Origin: a virus
Reading direction: 5' to 3' (one strand)
IMG/VR virus record: IMGVR_UViG_3300044797_000185
Location: 53,837 to 117,836 of that record
DNA length: 64,000 bases
Below, piece by piece: positions 37,410 to 46,825 of this stretch. The notes beneath the pieces were generated by a model. It was not told the origin of the DNA and made no database searches. It saw nothing but the letters and a program-made list of their open reading frames with translations. Numbering within the stretch: position 1 is the stretch's first letter; each line of letters opens with the position of its first letter. The position numbers and the translations under genes are program-made.

Positions 37410-37944
37410 AGATAGCGCATTAAGAAGTGCTTGGCGTAGGATCTTTTCCAGAAGTCCTATAGTAAGAGAAGTACTTAATTCTGGGCGTAGAACTGTTCCT
37501 CGTTTTAATAAAGATGGTTCAAGACATAAAGTAGATTCTGTGCAATTTTCTTGTCAGGTGTGTCAAAAATGGACTCCTGCCAAAATGATTGCTGTAGATC
37601 ATATAACGCCTGTGATAGATGTTGAAAATGTGTCTGGAAGGATTCAAGATTGGAATGAGTTTAAACGTAGACTTTTTTGTTCTATTCAGAATTTACAACG
37701 AATTTGTGATGAATGCCACAATATTAAGACTCAAAAAGAACGCAGCATACGACAAATACTTAAAGATAAAACAGTTCTTGACTTAATTGAAATTAATTTA
37801 AAAACAGTTGCTACAATTGAAGGGGAAAAAGAACTTAAGAAACAAGTTTCTAAGTTTTTAAGTAAAACAAAATCACCTGAAACGCGAGAACGAGCTTTAC
37901 GATTAAAACAGATTCTTGTGGACAAAATAACAAGGGAAGACTGA
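37366..37944 (+). CDS. HNH endonuclease
   Basis: LRSAWRR, CQVC, VDHI.PV, NLQRICDECH..KT. Confidence 0.85.
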   Translation: MRESQPLKKKLTWNEDSALRSAWRRIFSRSPIVREVLNSGRRTVPRFNKDGSRHKVDSVQFSCQVCQKWTPAKMIAVDHITPVIDVENVSGRIQDWNEFKRRLFCSIQNLQRICDECHNIKTQKERSIRQILKDKTVLDLIEINLKTVATIEGEKELKKQVSKFLSKTKSPETRERALRLKQILVDKITRED

Positions 37945-38210
37945 TGGAATTATTGGGTTGGCTTTGTACAACAGCTTTTGGAGTATGCTACTGGCCTCAG
38001 CTATGGCACAGTTATAAAACAAAGAGCGTTGGAGATATATCCCCGTTAGCATGGGTTATTCAGCTTTCTGGATATACAATGGGTTTATTTTATGGCATTG
38101 GATTGCATGAATGGCCTTTAATCGTTGGATATGTTCATGGTTTTCTTTGTACTGGTGTTTTTTTGGTTATGTATTTTAAATATCGAGGAAATAATAATGT
38201 ATCGCATTAG
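37944..38210 (+). CDS. SemiSWEET/PQ-loop transporter
   Basis: YWPQLWHSYKTKSVGDIS; three TM helices; WPLI. Confidence 0.85.
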   Translation: MELLGWLCTTAFGVCYWPQLWHSYKTKSVGDISPLAWVIQLSGYTMGLFYGIGLHEWPLIVGYVHGFLCTGVFLVMYFKYRGNNNVSH

Positions 38211-38646
38211 TGAAGAATTAGCAAAATTACTGCTGGCAAAAATGAAACCACCTGTCATAGAATCTTCTGGCATGAATGCCTTCTTACCTAGAGATTTTAA
38301 TTGCATTGGGATTTTAGATCCTGTTTGTTGTTTTGGCAGTGACTTTTTCTATATACTAGAAAGTCCAGTTCCTGTGCTCTATCCCGAATTACCATTCACA
38401 CCCGTTTTAAATGGTTACTTTCTTTACCGTAAGGAAGAACTTGCAAAACCTACAGAATCTTTTCCTATTACAGAAGGACTTGTAAATCCCTTAACTACGG
38501 ATTATGAAAGGCAAGTTGATGTTGGAGATTGTGCTGTAATTATACCCTCAGATACAGAAAAACTTACAGCTAAGACAATTTCAACCATCGAAAGACTTAT
38601 AGAACTTGAACCTTTGATATTGGATTGTTTGAGACTAGATAAGTAA
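38197..38646 (+). CDS. Hypothetical protein
   Basis: SD GAGG before ATG 38197. Confidence 0.55.
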   Translation: MYRISEELAKLLLAKMKPPVIESSGMNAFLPRDFNCIGILDPVCCFGSDFFYILESPVPVLYPELPFTPVLNGYFLYRKEELAKPTESFPITEGLVNPLTTDYERQVDVGDCAVIIPSDTEKLTAKTISTIERLIELEPLILDCLRLDK

Positions 38647-38656
38647 AAGGAAAAAT

Positions 38657-39046
38657 ATGGAAAATCAAAAACCCAATAATTTTAAAGAGGCAGCTCTTAG
38701 CCATATTCCACAAGAGTTTATTCAAAGTATGCTTAAAGAAACGAAGGTTGAGACGGATGGTATGGGATTTTTGGAAGCGATTGCAAAGAATACAAGTAGT
38801 ACAGCAATTACTCAAAAAGCTGAAATTCCCCAACAAGAGCAATTTACTACTATAGTAATTAATAATGTTGCTCTCAAAGTTTCCATAGATCCCTATAAGG
38901 GAGCTATGGCTATGCTTCTATACTTAGCAGCTATGGCAGGAGCTAAGGATAAAAAAGTAGCTAAAGTGTTGAAAGCTTTTAATTTTAACTTACAAGATGC
39001 AAATGGTGTTATCATCTATCCCAAACAAAAAGGTAAAAAGAAATGA
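38657..39046 (+). CDS. Hypothetical protein
   Basis: SD AAGG; ORF track. Confidence 0.6.
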   Translation: MENQKPNNFKEAALSHIPQEFIQSMLKETKVETDGMGFLEAIAKNTSSTAITQKAEIPQQEQFTTIVINNVALKVSIDPYKGAMAMLLYLAAMAGAKDKKVAKVLKAFNFNLQDANGVIIYPKQKGKKK

Positions 39047-39222
39047 CAGCTATAAATTACCCATGTAAGTGTAAACATTCTAAGATTAATCATACTGGAT
39101 TATACATTGATAATGGAATTCATAACTATATATGTTCAGTTTTCGGTTGTCATTGTGATAATTTTATAGCTGATAACTTAGGGTATTTGGAAAAACAATA
39201 TGAATCAAAGTCTACAGATTAA
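39043..39222 (+). CDS. Cys/His microprotein, DNLxYLE family (59 aa, not in ORF track)
   Basis: Own translation: YPCKCKH..NH..C..GCHCDNFIADNLGYLEKQYE. Confidence 0.75.
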   Translation: MTAINYPCKCKHSKINHTGLYIDNGIHNYICSVFGCHCDNFIADNLGYLEKQYESKSTD

Positions 39223-41791
39223 TAAATTGGATCTTCAAAATAACACTTGTAGTAAGTGTCCTTTGAGCGAGTTAAGAACATGCGTTCTTAATGGAGTTGG
39301 GAATGTTCAATCTAAAATTGTTTTTGTGATGGATTCTCCTTCAGTGGAGGATGATGCTCTTGGTACAACTTTTACGGGTTCAGTGGGGCATAAACTAGAA
39401 GCTATACTTTCTATTTTTAGAATCCATCGAAATCAAGTATTTATAACCTATGCAACACGTTGTCGAGCTAATTTAAAAACTGCTGAAGGTGTTCGCCCAG
39501 CCCATTTTGATGAAATTCAGATTTGTAATGAGTATCTTGTGAAGGAGATTGAATCTATTAAACCTAATGTCATTGTTCCTATGGGTGCAGAGGCTATCAC
39601 AGCTATTTTGGGCATCAAAAAGCCTAAAGTTGAGGGGATGAGAGGTTTAGAGTTATGGAGTGATAAATTCCAATGCAAAGTTACACCTACCTTGGCAATT
39701 GGGGCTATTTTAAGAAATCCAAATAAGGAAGAAACTGTAATTCAAGATCTTCGTCGTGCTATTGAATCTTCCAAGTATCCTGAATTGACTAAAAGAACTG
39801 AAGGAAACTATATCACTTTGGAAACAATCGAACAGTTTGATGCTTTCTACGATAGAATTATGGAACAAAAAGAAGTAGCATGGGATATTGAAACTTCTGG
39901 GTTTAATTGGCAAAAAGATCAATTAATTTGTGTAAGTTTTAGTTGGAAAAAAGGAACAGCCGTGGTATTGCCAATTACAAAATGGGTTGGTATTGAAAAA
40001 GAAAAAATAGAAATTAAAGATAAGAAAGTTCGTCGTAAAGGAATAGTAGAAGTAAGACAGGTGGAAGTGATTACCAAATATACAGAAGATTCTTATCAAC
40101 ATTGGTGGGGTGATAGGCAAGAATATGTAATGAGTAAACTTCGTTCTATTATGGAGAGTAATATTGAATTTATTCTTCAAAATGGTAAGTTTGACTATAA
40201 ATTCTTTTTACAAAAGGGATGGAATTTGAAACCTGCTGTGCATGATCCCATGCTTATGCATTATTTATTGCATGAAACAGCAAAAGGTCAACATGGTCTT
40301 AAGGATATGGCATTACAATATACTGATATGGGTGCTTATGACCAGGAACTTGAATCTTGGTTTGCAACTAATGGTATGAAAACAGATGATAGTAGAAATT
40401 ATGCGCGAGTTCCAACAGAATTATTATTTAAGTATGCAGCTGCTGATGCAGATGTTACGTTGCAGTTGAAAGATATTTTTTTACCCTTGTTGGAACAAGA
40501 AGATATGCTAGATCTTTATTATAAATTAATTTTACCCTTAAGCTATAATCTTACAGTTATGGAATTTGAAGGTTTCAAAATTAATAAAAATCTCCTGTTA
40601 CAGACAAAAAAAGAACTTCAAGATGAAATTGTTAGTATTGAAAATGAGATACAAAAAGAAATATTAAAAGTTACTACAGAACAATTTGATCTTGCTTCTC
40701 CTAAACAACTTTCTAAGCTTTTGTTTGAGGTATTAAAACTTCCTGTAATTAAACAAACTAAAACTGGTTATTCTACAGATGAAAGTGTTTTAAATGCTTT
40801 GAAAGAAAAACACACTATTCCTTCTCAACTTGTTAAGCATCGAGGATTATCTAAACTTCTTAATACCTATATAGAATCGGTAGAAGAAAAACTTGATGAT
40901 GACAATAAACTTCATGCGAGTTGGAATATTCCAGGAACTGAAAGTGGTAGACTTTCTTCTAGTAACCCAAATTTGCAGAATATTCCTAAAGATGATAAAC
41001 GAATTAAAAATATGTATACTGTAGAAGCAGGAAATGTCTTAGTTGAGGCTGACGAAGCTCAGGGTGAATTTAGATTGTGGGGAGCTTATTCATTAGATCC
41101 ACAATTGATAAAAGATTTAACTGATGGTCTGGATATTCATAGATTTATCGCAGCATTAGCTAATAAAATTGATGTAAGTCAGGTTACACCTGAACAAAGG
41201 CAAACGGCTAAATCTATTGTGTTTGGTTTGATGTTTGGAGAAGGTATAGACGATCTTTCTAAAAAGCATAATGTTACTACTGAATATGCTCAGACAATTA
41301 AGGATACTTTTTTTAGCCGTTACCCAATAGCTAAGAAATGGCGTTATGATAATGTTAAGCGTGGAAAACGCGATGGTTTTGTAAGAAGTTTTTTTGGTCG
41401 TGTTAGGCATCTACCTGGCATCAATAGTACTGATAATAGTGTATCTTTTCCAGATCAACAAGCTGCTGTAAATTCACCGATTCAAGGATGTCTTTCTGAT
41501 TATACAGCTAATGCCGCCAATAGGATCATTTTAAAATTTAAAGAACTTGGATACCATGGGAAACTTAGAAACTTAGTCCATGATGCTATTTATATGGAAA
41601 TTCCTAAGATTGAGCTTGAAGAATCTGTAAAAATTATGAAAGAAGAAATGGAAAGAAAAATCCTAGGTATTCAAGTTCCTATGATCGCAGAATTTAAAAT
41701 TGCGGAAACATGGGGAAGCTTAAAAGAAGTTAAAAGTATTAATCCTATTGTTTACAAAGAAGAAAAAATTAAAGTAGTTAACAATGTATAA
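39200..41791 (+). CDS. polA: Family A DNA polymerase with N-terminal UDG-like domain and 3'-5' exonuclease
   Basis: UDG-like CxxCPL..GVG; exo DIETSG, QNGKFD, YAAAD; pol GRLSSSNPNLQN, R..AK..FG, NSPIQG, VHD. Confidence 0.95.
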   Translation: MNQSLQINKLDLQNNTCSKCPLSELRTCVLNGVGNVQSKIVFVMDSPSVEDDALGTTFTGSVGHKLEAILSIFRIHRNQVFITYATRCRANLKTAEGVRPAHFDEIQICNEYLVKEIESIKPNVIVPMGAEAITAILGIKKPKVEGMRGLELWSDKFQCKVTPTLAIGAILRNPNKEETVIQDLRRAIESSKYPELTKRTEGNYITLETIEQFDAFYDRIMEQKEVAWDIETSGFNWQKDQLICVSFSWKKGTAVVLPITKWVGIEKEKIEIKDKKVRRKGIVEVRQVEVITKYTEDSYQHWWGDRQEYVMSKLRSIMESNIEFILQNGKFDYKFFLQKGWNLKPAVHDPMLMHYLLHETAKGQHGLKDMALQYTDMGAYDQELESWFATNGMKTDDSRNYARVPTELLFKYAAADADVTLQLKDIFLPLLEQEDMLDLYYKLILPLSYNLTVMEFEGFKINKNLLLQTKKELQDEIVSIENEIQKEILKVTTEQFDLASPKQLSKLLFEVLKLPVIKQTKTGYSTDESVLNALKEKHTIPSQLVKHRGLSKLLNTYIESVEEKLDDDNKLHASWNIPGTESGRLSSSNPNLQNIPKDDKRIKNMYTVEAGNVLVEADEAQGEFRLWGAYSLDPQLIKDLTDGLDIHRFIAALANKIDVSQVTPEQRQTAKSIVFGLMFGEGIDDLSKKHNVTTEYAQTIKDTFFSRYPIAKKWRYDNVKRGKRDGFVRSFFGRVRHLPGINSTDNSVSFPDQQAAVNSPIQGCLSDYTANAANRIILKFKELGYHGKLRNLVHDAIYMEIPKIELEESVKIMKEEMERKILGIQVPMIAEFKIAETWGSLKEVKSINPIVYKEEKIKVVNNV

Positions 41792-42020
41792 AAACATATG
41801 TAGTTTTAGAGTAAATTATGATATGCTAATAGTAGAGGTGAAATAATATGTGGTGGATAACAACCTATTTGATTTTAAACAGCTATATAAAGATAGTTGA
41901 AAGAGATTTGCTTTGTGAATGCCTTGGACAAGGTGATTGGTATCGATGCAATAATCACTATGAGACAATGCAACTAGCTTGTATGGCAGAACAGATTTGG
42001 GCTGAAAAGGAGAAGTTAGC

Positions 42021-42347
42021 ATGAAAGCATCTGATTATCAACTTTGGTCTGATCGTACTGCTCTTTATCCTAAAGACGCAGGAGTTATTTATACTACTAT
42101 CGGTCTTGCTAATGAGGCAGGAGAAGTTCTTGGAGTTGTTAAAAAAATGATGCGGGATGATGGAAATGTATTGACGGAAGAAAAACGAACAAAACTTATC
42201 GCTGAGGTTGGAGATGTATGTTGGTATCTTGCGCGAGTATGTACAGAGCTTGGTGTTTCAATGGAAGACGTGTTCGATCTAAATGTAGCAAAGCTTGAAG
42301 ATCGAATGAAACGAAATGTAATTCAAGGCAGTGGGGATAACCGATAA
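42021..42347 (+). CDS. MazG-like NTP pyrophosphohydrolase
   Basis: GLANEAGEV..KK..RD..EVGDVCWY..N..KL.DR. Confidence 0.9.
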   Translation: MKASDYQLWSDRTALYPKDAGVIYTTIGLANEAGEVLGVVKKMMRDDGNVLTEEKRTKLIAEVGDVCWYLARVCTELGVSMEDVFDLNVAKLEDRMKRNVIQGSGDNR

Positions 42348-42503
42348 TGGAAACTACTAATTTAAGTTTATCTGGCACTCCTGGTTTTTGGGCTTTCCTA
42401 TTTGTTCATCCTTACATATCTTTTTTTGCATTTTGTTGTTTATGTATTTGTGTGTTTGGAACGTTGACCGATGTGTTAGTGGCTTTCGCTAAAAGGCATC
42501 GTA

Positions 42504-43031
42504 ATGGTTGATGTTTGTATTTATTTAGCATGTCGTATGTCTGGAAGATCTAAGATAGCTATGATTAAAGAGGCTAAAGAGGCCGTTGACATACTAAGTA
42601 AATATGGAATTAAGTGTATTTCTCCTGTTCTAGAAGAAAAAATTGAAAATACAACAGGAGTATTAGAAGTATTCTCAGAAGAAGACTTACGTAAAGAATG
42701 GGTTAAGGATAAGGAATTTATTAAGCAATGTCATGTTGTCTTCGATTTGTCTGCTGCTTCCCCCATTAGATCAGAAGGGGCAACCCATGAATTTTTATAC
42801 GCTAGATATGCTCTTTTCAAACCTGTCATTCGTTTATTCCCAAAGGGATTAGGACCTTCGATTACAAGACTTGAGAATGCTGTAATTGTTCAAACATTAG
42901 ATGAAGCAGGAATAGAAATAGTTACAAGATGGGGGACTCGAACACAACGTATTTTATGGAGAATAAAGGAACGTATTTTCTGGAAATGGTTAAAGCTTTT
43001 AAAATTACAATTTCTGGGATTTTTTAGATGA
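42504..43031 (+). CDS. Nucleoside 2-deoxyribosyltransferase-like protein
   Basis: IYLA..MSG..SP..D...I..C..V..SEGA..E; paralog of 62672. Confidence 0.7.
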   Translation: MVDVCIYLACRMSGRSKIAMIKEAKEAVDILSKYGIKCISPVLEEKIENTTGVLEVFSEEDLRKEWVKDKEFIKQCHVVFDLSAASPIRSEGATHEFLYARYALFKPVIRLFPKGLGPSITRLENAVIVQTLDEAGIEIVTRWGTRTQRILWRIKERIFWKWLKLLKLQFLGFFR

Positions 43032-43231
43032 TAGATTGGGTTGAAGCTGCTGAGAATAATTTTAAATCTGATGGAAAATCTTACATAGATTCTGAAGATT
43101 TTATTAGAATCTATGAGAATTGGCTGCATACTCGAATGAATGAAGGAAGACTTACAAATCTTCAGTACCTCGATGGTCTGTATAAAGTTAAAGAAGCAAG
43201 AAGTGGCAAGAAAATGTCTGACCTCCTATAG
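43028..43231 (+). CDS. Hypothetical protein
   Basis: ATGA overlap; ORF track. Confidence 0.5.
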   Translation: MIDWVEAAENNFKSDGKSYIDSEDFIRIYENWLHTRMNEGRLTNLQYLDGLYKVKEARSGKKMSDLL

Positions 43232-43242
43232 AAAGGGTCACA

Positions 43243-43455
43243 ATGAATAAGAAAAAATATGGACTGTATGATGTATGTGATTGTAATCACGAGTATCTGC
43301 AACATGGTAATAAATGCTCTGCTGTTGTTCCTGTTGGAAAAGAATCCTATAGAGGATACGTTGCACCTGAAATAGTTCGTAAAACATGTAGTTGCACTAA
43401 ATTTAAACTAAATATAATAAATTCTGGGAGAATTTCAAGTCATGAGCAATTATAA
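43243..43455 (+). CDS. Cys/His microprotein (Zn motif only)
   Basis: CDCNH..H..C..CSC..F. Confidence 0.6.
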   Translation: MNKKKYGLYDVCDCNHEYLQHGNKCSAVVPVGKESYRGYVAPEIVRKTCSCTKFKLNIINSGRISSHEQL

Positions 43456-43750
43456 AAATTATAGTTTGAAAGAATTTGAACGAGAAGTTAGGAAATTGAT
43501 GGATGACGCAATCACTCTTTTAGTTAATAAGAGGCGTGATTATGGATCTAATGCTCTCCGAGGCGGTGTTCATGGTATAGCCATTCGTCTTTCAGATAAA
43601 CAGGCACGTTTAGAAAATTTGCTTGGCATTTCTGATGGTTCTTTTAAATCTAAAGAGGCTATTGTCGGAGATGAGAAGATTGAAGATACTGTGAAAGATA
43701 TTATAAATTATGGAATTTTGTTCTTACTTGAAGAGAAGAAAAAGAAATGA
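43442..43750 (+). CDS. DUF1599 / nucleotide-modification-associated domain protein
   Basis: K..DYG..GIAIRLSDK..RL.NL..E.I.DT..DIINYG. Confidence 0.8.
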   Translation: MSNYKNYSLKEFEREVRKLMDDAITLLVNKRRDYGSNALRGGVHGIAIRLSDKQARLENLLGISDGSFKSKEAIVGDEKIEDTVKDIINYGILFLLEEKKKK

Positions 43751-43850
43751 CAACTCATGAATTTGCATTTCTAACATTTGGCTGGTTAGTTGGATTTTTA
43801 ATTGGCGTTGCATGGACATTAATTGGGTTAGAGAAACATGGGAGACTCAA

Positions 43851-44861
43851 ATGAACGATTATATTTATACACAAACAACTTATAATGATAAGCTATTAAA
43901 TTTTTCCGATATATTAATTGAACCCATTTTTTCAAATGTTAGATCCAGAAAAGATGTAGATGTTTCTACAGATTTCTTAGGGATGCATCTTTCACTGCCT
44001 ATTGTGAATAGTAACATGGATACTATAGCTTCTCCAGCCCTTTGTAGAACATTAACTGAGTATGGAACAATAGGAACATTACATAGATTTTGGTCTATCG
44101 AAGAAAATGTTCAAGCATTTAAAGATAGTATATTACATGGTAAAGGTCCTATTGTTTCTATTGGTCTAGGAGATATTGAACTTCAAAGAGCAAAAGCATT
44201 ATATAATGCAGGGGCTGAGATTTTTATGCTTGATGTGGCTCATTCAGCTAATGTAGCTGTTGTGGAAATGTATAATCTTTTGTGCAAAACAATTCCTAAT
44301 AATGTGAAATATATTATTGGGGATTTCGGGGTGGGAAAAGAAATAAGCGAATTTATGATGCGGGTAGACAGAAAACCTGATGCGGTAAAAGTAGGAATAG
44401 GTATAGGTAGCCAATGCATTACACGTTTAGTTACAGGAGTTGGAAATACAGCTGTGAGTTGTTTACTGGATTGTGCTCCTGTCACAGAAGATTACGATAT
44501 TAAACTTGTTTTAGATGGTGGTGTAAAAGAAATTGGAGATATTACGAAAGCATTAGTAGCTGGAGCAGATTTAATTATAAGTGGCTCAATGTTTGCTGGT
44601 ACTGATGAAGCAGCTGGTATTAATCGTGATGGTTTTCATAAAGAATATCGAGGAAGTGCTTCATTGGAATCTTATGAAGTTCAGGGTAAAATTTCTACTT
44701 GGAGGGCACCTGAAGGTACTTCTACTTTAGTTTCTCTCAAAGGTCCCGCTATTAATATTTTAAATAATATTTCAGGCGGTTTACGATCTAGTTGTTCTTA
44801 TGTCAATGCTTTTAATTTGAAAGAACTGAAGGCTAATGCGAAGTTTACATTTTTAAAATGA
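43851..44861 (+). CDS. IMP dehydrogenase / GMP reductase family protein, no CBS domains
   Basis: FSDILI.P, SNMDT, DVAH, VKVGIGIGSQCITR, DGG, YRGSAS, EG. Confidence 0.9.
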   Translation: MNDYIYTQTTYNDKLLNFSDILIEPIFSNVRSRKDVDVSTDFLGMHLSLPIVNSNMDTIASPALCRTLTEYGTIGTLHRFWSIEENVQAFKDSILHGKGPIVSIGLGDIELQRAKALYNAGAEIFMLDVAHSANVAVVEMYNLLCKTIPNNVKYIIGDFGVGKEISEFMMRVDRKPDAVKVGIGIGSQCITRLVTGVGNTAVSCLLDCAPVTEDYDIKLVLDGGVKEIGDITKALVAGADLIISGSMFAGTDEAAGINRDGFHKEYRGSASLESYEVQGKISTWRAPEGTSTLVSLKGPAINILNNISGGLRSSCSYVNAFNLKELKANAKFTFLK

Positions 44862-45007
44862 GTATAGTTATTTATTTTCCTTGTTGTATTTGCGGCCATA
44901 GTGAAGTTTACCACAAAGGATTAAAACATAAATATCAGTTAACTAATCTATCCTATTTAGAAAAGATATATTTGGAACAACAATATTATAAGGAAACTTG
45001 CAAGTGA
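44858..45007 (+). CDS. Cys/His microprotein, DNLxYLE family (49 aa, not in ORF track)
   Basis: Own translation: FPCCICGH..YH..LTNLSYLEKIYLEQQY. Confidence 0.6.
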   Translation: MSIVIYFPCCICGHSEVYHKGLKHKYQLTNLSYLEKIYLEQQYYKETCK

Positions 45008-45663
45008 TCTCAACGGTTTTACCAGCTTATAAATACTTAATAGAAGAGCGTAAGCTCACAGAAGACACCATAAATGCCTTCAATCTAGGGTATTGTTCTA
45101 CCAATGGGGAAATCTATGAGGGTGCTAATTTTCAAGGAATGTTGCCAATACTAGATCCTCGATTTTATCATTCAACATTATTTCCTATAGCGGATATGCA
45201 TGGGACAATAGTTGGTGTATCAGCACGTCCTTTGGGGCCAACTCAAACCAAATACATTAATACATCTTATGAGAAATCAGATCATTTGTATGGGCTCAAT
45301 GTAACTTGGAAAGATTGTTTGCTTAAACAAAGTGTTTATGTGGTTGAAGGTAATATTAGCTTGCTAATCCCTTGGCAGCATGGCATTAAAAATATTGTAG
45401 CAATGCTTGGTAAGACATTTAGTTTCAAACAGATATGCTTATTAAGTAGATTTGTGAAAAAAATAGTGTTTGTTCCTGATGGTGATCTTTCAGGTCAAAA
45501 ACTATTAGAAAAATTACAAAAGACAATTCCAAATCAATTTTATGATGCTGATGTAGAATTTACTTATCTATCATTGCCAGATGGAAAAGATCCAGATGAT
45601 TTTATTAAAGTATTTGGAAAAGATGCATTTTTGAAATTAGAAGAAAGGAAATTAGTTTTGTGA
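44998..45663 (+). CDS. dnaG: DNA primase catalytic/TOPRIM core lacking the Zn-binding domain
   Basis: ERKL..TI..F.LGY, FPI.D..G.IVG..R, KYIN, LYG, VVEG, PDGD..G, KDPDD. Confidence 0.88.
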   Translation: MQVISTVLPAYKYLIEERKLTEDTINAFNLGYCSTNGEIYEGANFQGMLPILDPRFYHSTLFPIADMHGTIVGVSARPLGPTQTKYINTSYEKSDHLYGLNVTWKDCLLKQSVYVVEGNISLLIPWQHGIKNIVAMLGKTFSFKQICLLSRFVKKIVFVPDGDLSGQKLLEKLQKTIPNQFYDADVEFTYLSLPDGKDPDDFIKVFGKDAFLKLEERKLVL

Positions 45664-45863
45664 CAGGACTTTGCCGATGTGGGGATTTAAAACCAAGTCA
45701 TATTACATGGCAATGGAATGTTGCAACGATTTATGATAGAACAAACTGTATGGGCTTTACTTTTGATGATTGTTGTTCATGCTCAGATTATGTACCCAAA
45801 GATAATTTAGAATATTTGGAACTAATTTATACTAAAAAAGTAGGAGTATCTAATGATAAATAA
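45660..45863 (+). CDS. Cys/His microprotein, DNLxYLE family
   Basis: CRCG..H..C..CSCSDYVPKDNLEYLELIY. Confidence 0.75.
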   Translation: MTGLCRCGDLKPSHITWQWNVATIYDRTNCMGFTFDDCCSCSDYVPKDNLEYLELIYTKKVGVSNDK

Positions 45864-46413
45864 AGAATGGTATGTTATTTCAACTCAGGGAATTGGTTCC
45901 AGAGGAGCATTACAGATTCAATCTTTACTGGATCGTCTTGAATATGAAGGACTTATTTGGACACCTGCTGTAAAAGTGCCCATTGTTCGTTATGGTAAGC
46001 AGCAGAATAATGATAAACCACTTTTTCCAAGTTATGTGTTTATTCAAACAATTATTCAGGATAGTAAATTAGAACAAGCTTTAATTGAAGCAAAGATAGG
46101 ACGATTCCTTAAGCTTCCAGGTGAAGTAATGCCTACTCCAATATCAGAAAAAGATATTGAGCATGTTAAAAGTCTTGAAGAAGCTAATGTTGAGCCTGTG
46201 CCAGAAGAGATTATTTCTGTTGAAGTTGGAAATCTTGTTGAAGTATGCGTTGGTCCTTTTATGGGCATTAAAGGTATTGTGACCAAAATTACTGGTCATA
46301 CTGTTTCTGTAGATACTTTGGTGTTTGGTCGATCTGCACCTGTAAGTTTTAATATTGCTCATTTGTCAAAATTGACGGAGAATGGTAATGAAGAAAAAGC
46401 AACAGAAGTCTAA
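45853..46413 (+). CDS. NusG/RfaH-family transcription factor
   Basis: WYVI..PLFPSYVFI (NGN), P.PI, VGNLVEVCVGPFMG..G (KOW), VFGRSAPV. Confidence 0.9.
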   Translation: MINKEWYVISTQGIGSRGALQIQSLLDRLEYEGLIWTPAVKVPIVRYGKQQNNDKPLFPSYVFIQTIIQDSKLEQALIEAKIGRFLKLPGEVMPTPISEKDIEHVKSLEEANVEPVPEEIISVEVGNLVEVCVGPFMGIKGIVTKITGHTVSVDTLVFGRSAPVSFNIAHLSKLTENGNEEKATEV

Positions 46414-46825
46414 AGAAATAGAAAAAGCAAATTCTGAGATAGAAACACCAAAAAATATTGATTTCGTTGAGATCAGTATGACCCATGAAGGTCTCGAAAA
46501 AATTGCTCAAAAGAACGCTCAGCTTCTTAGTCAACGAAATGATCCAGTTTTAAGAAAGAAGACTGTTCGAAGACAGGAAAAACTTTTAAGAAAAGTGCTA
46601 AAAGCTGCATCTCAAGTTCTAACGGATGATCAGCATCAAGTTTTTGTAATGCGATTTATATATGGATTAGGGAATCAAGAAATTGCAGATCAGTTAGGGA
46701 AAAATGTTTCATATCCTCCACGTTTGTTGAAAGCATCTGTGAAAAAAATACAAAAGAGATTGCGAGTAGAAGAAAACTTAAGTTGGTTTTCTGGTAACTA
46801 TTTGCATGAGGATAGTTGGGATTAG
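46382..46825 (+). CDS. Sigma70 region-4-like HTH protein
   Basis: LTDDQHQVFVMRFIYGLGNQEIADQLG. Confidence 0.75.
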   Translation: MVMKKKQQKSKEIEKANSEIETPKNIDFVEISMTHEGLEKIAQKNAQLLSQRNDPVLRKKTVRRQEKLLRKVLKAASQVLTDDQHQVFVMRFIYGLGNQEIADQLGKNVSYPPRLLKASVKKIQKRLRVEENLSWFSGNYLHEDSWD

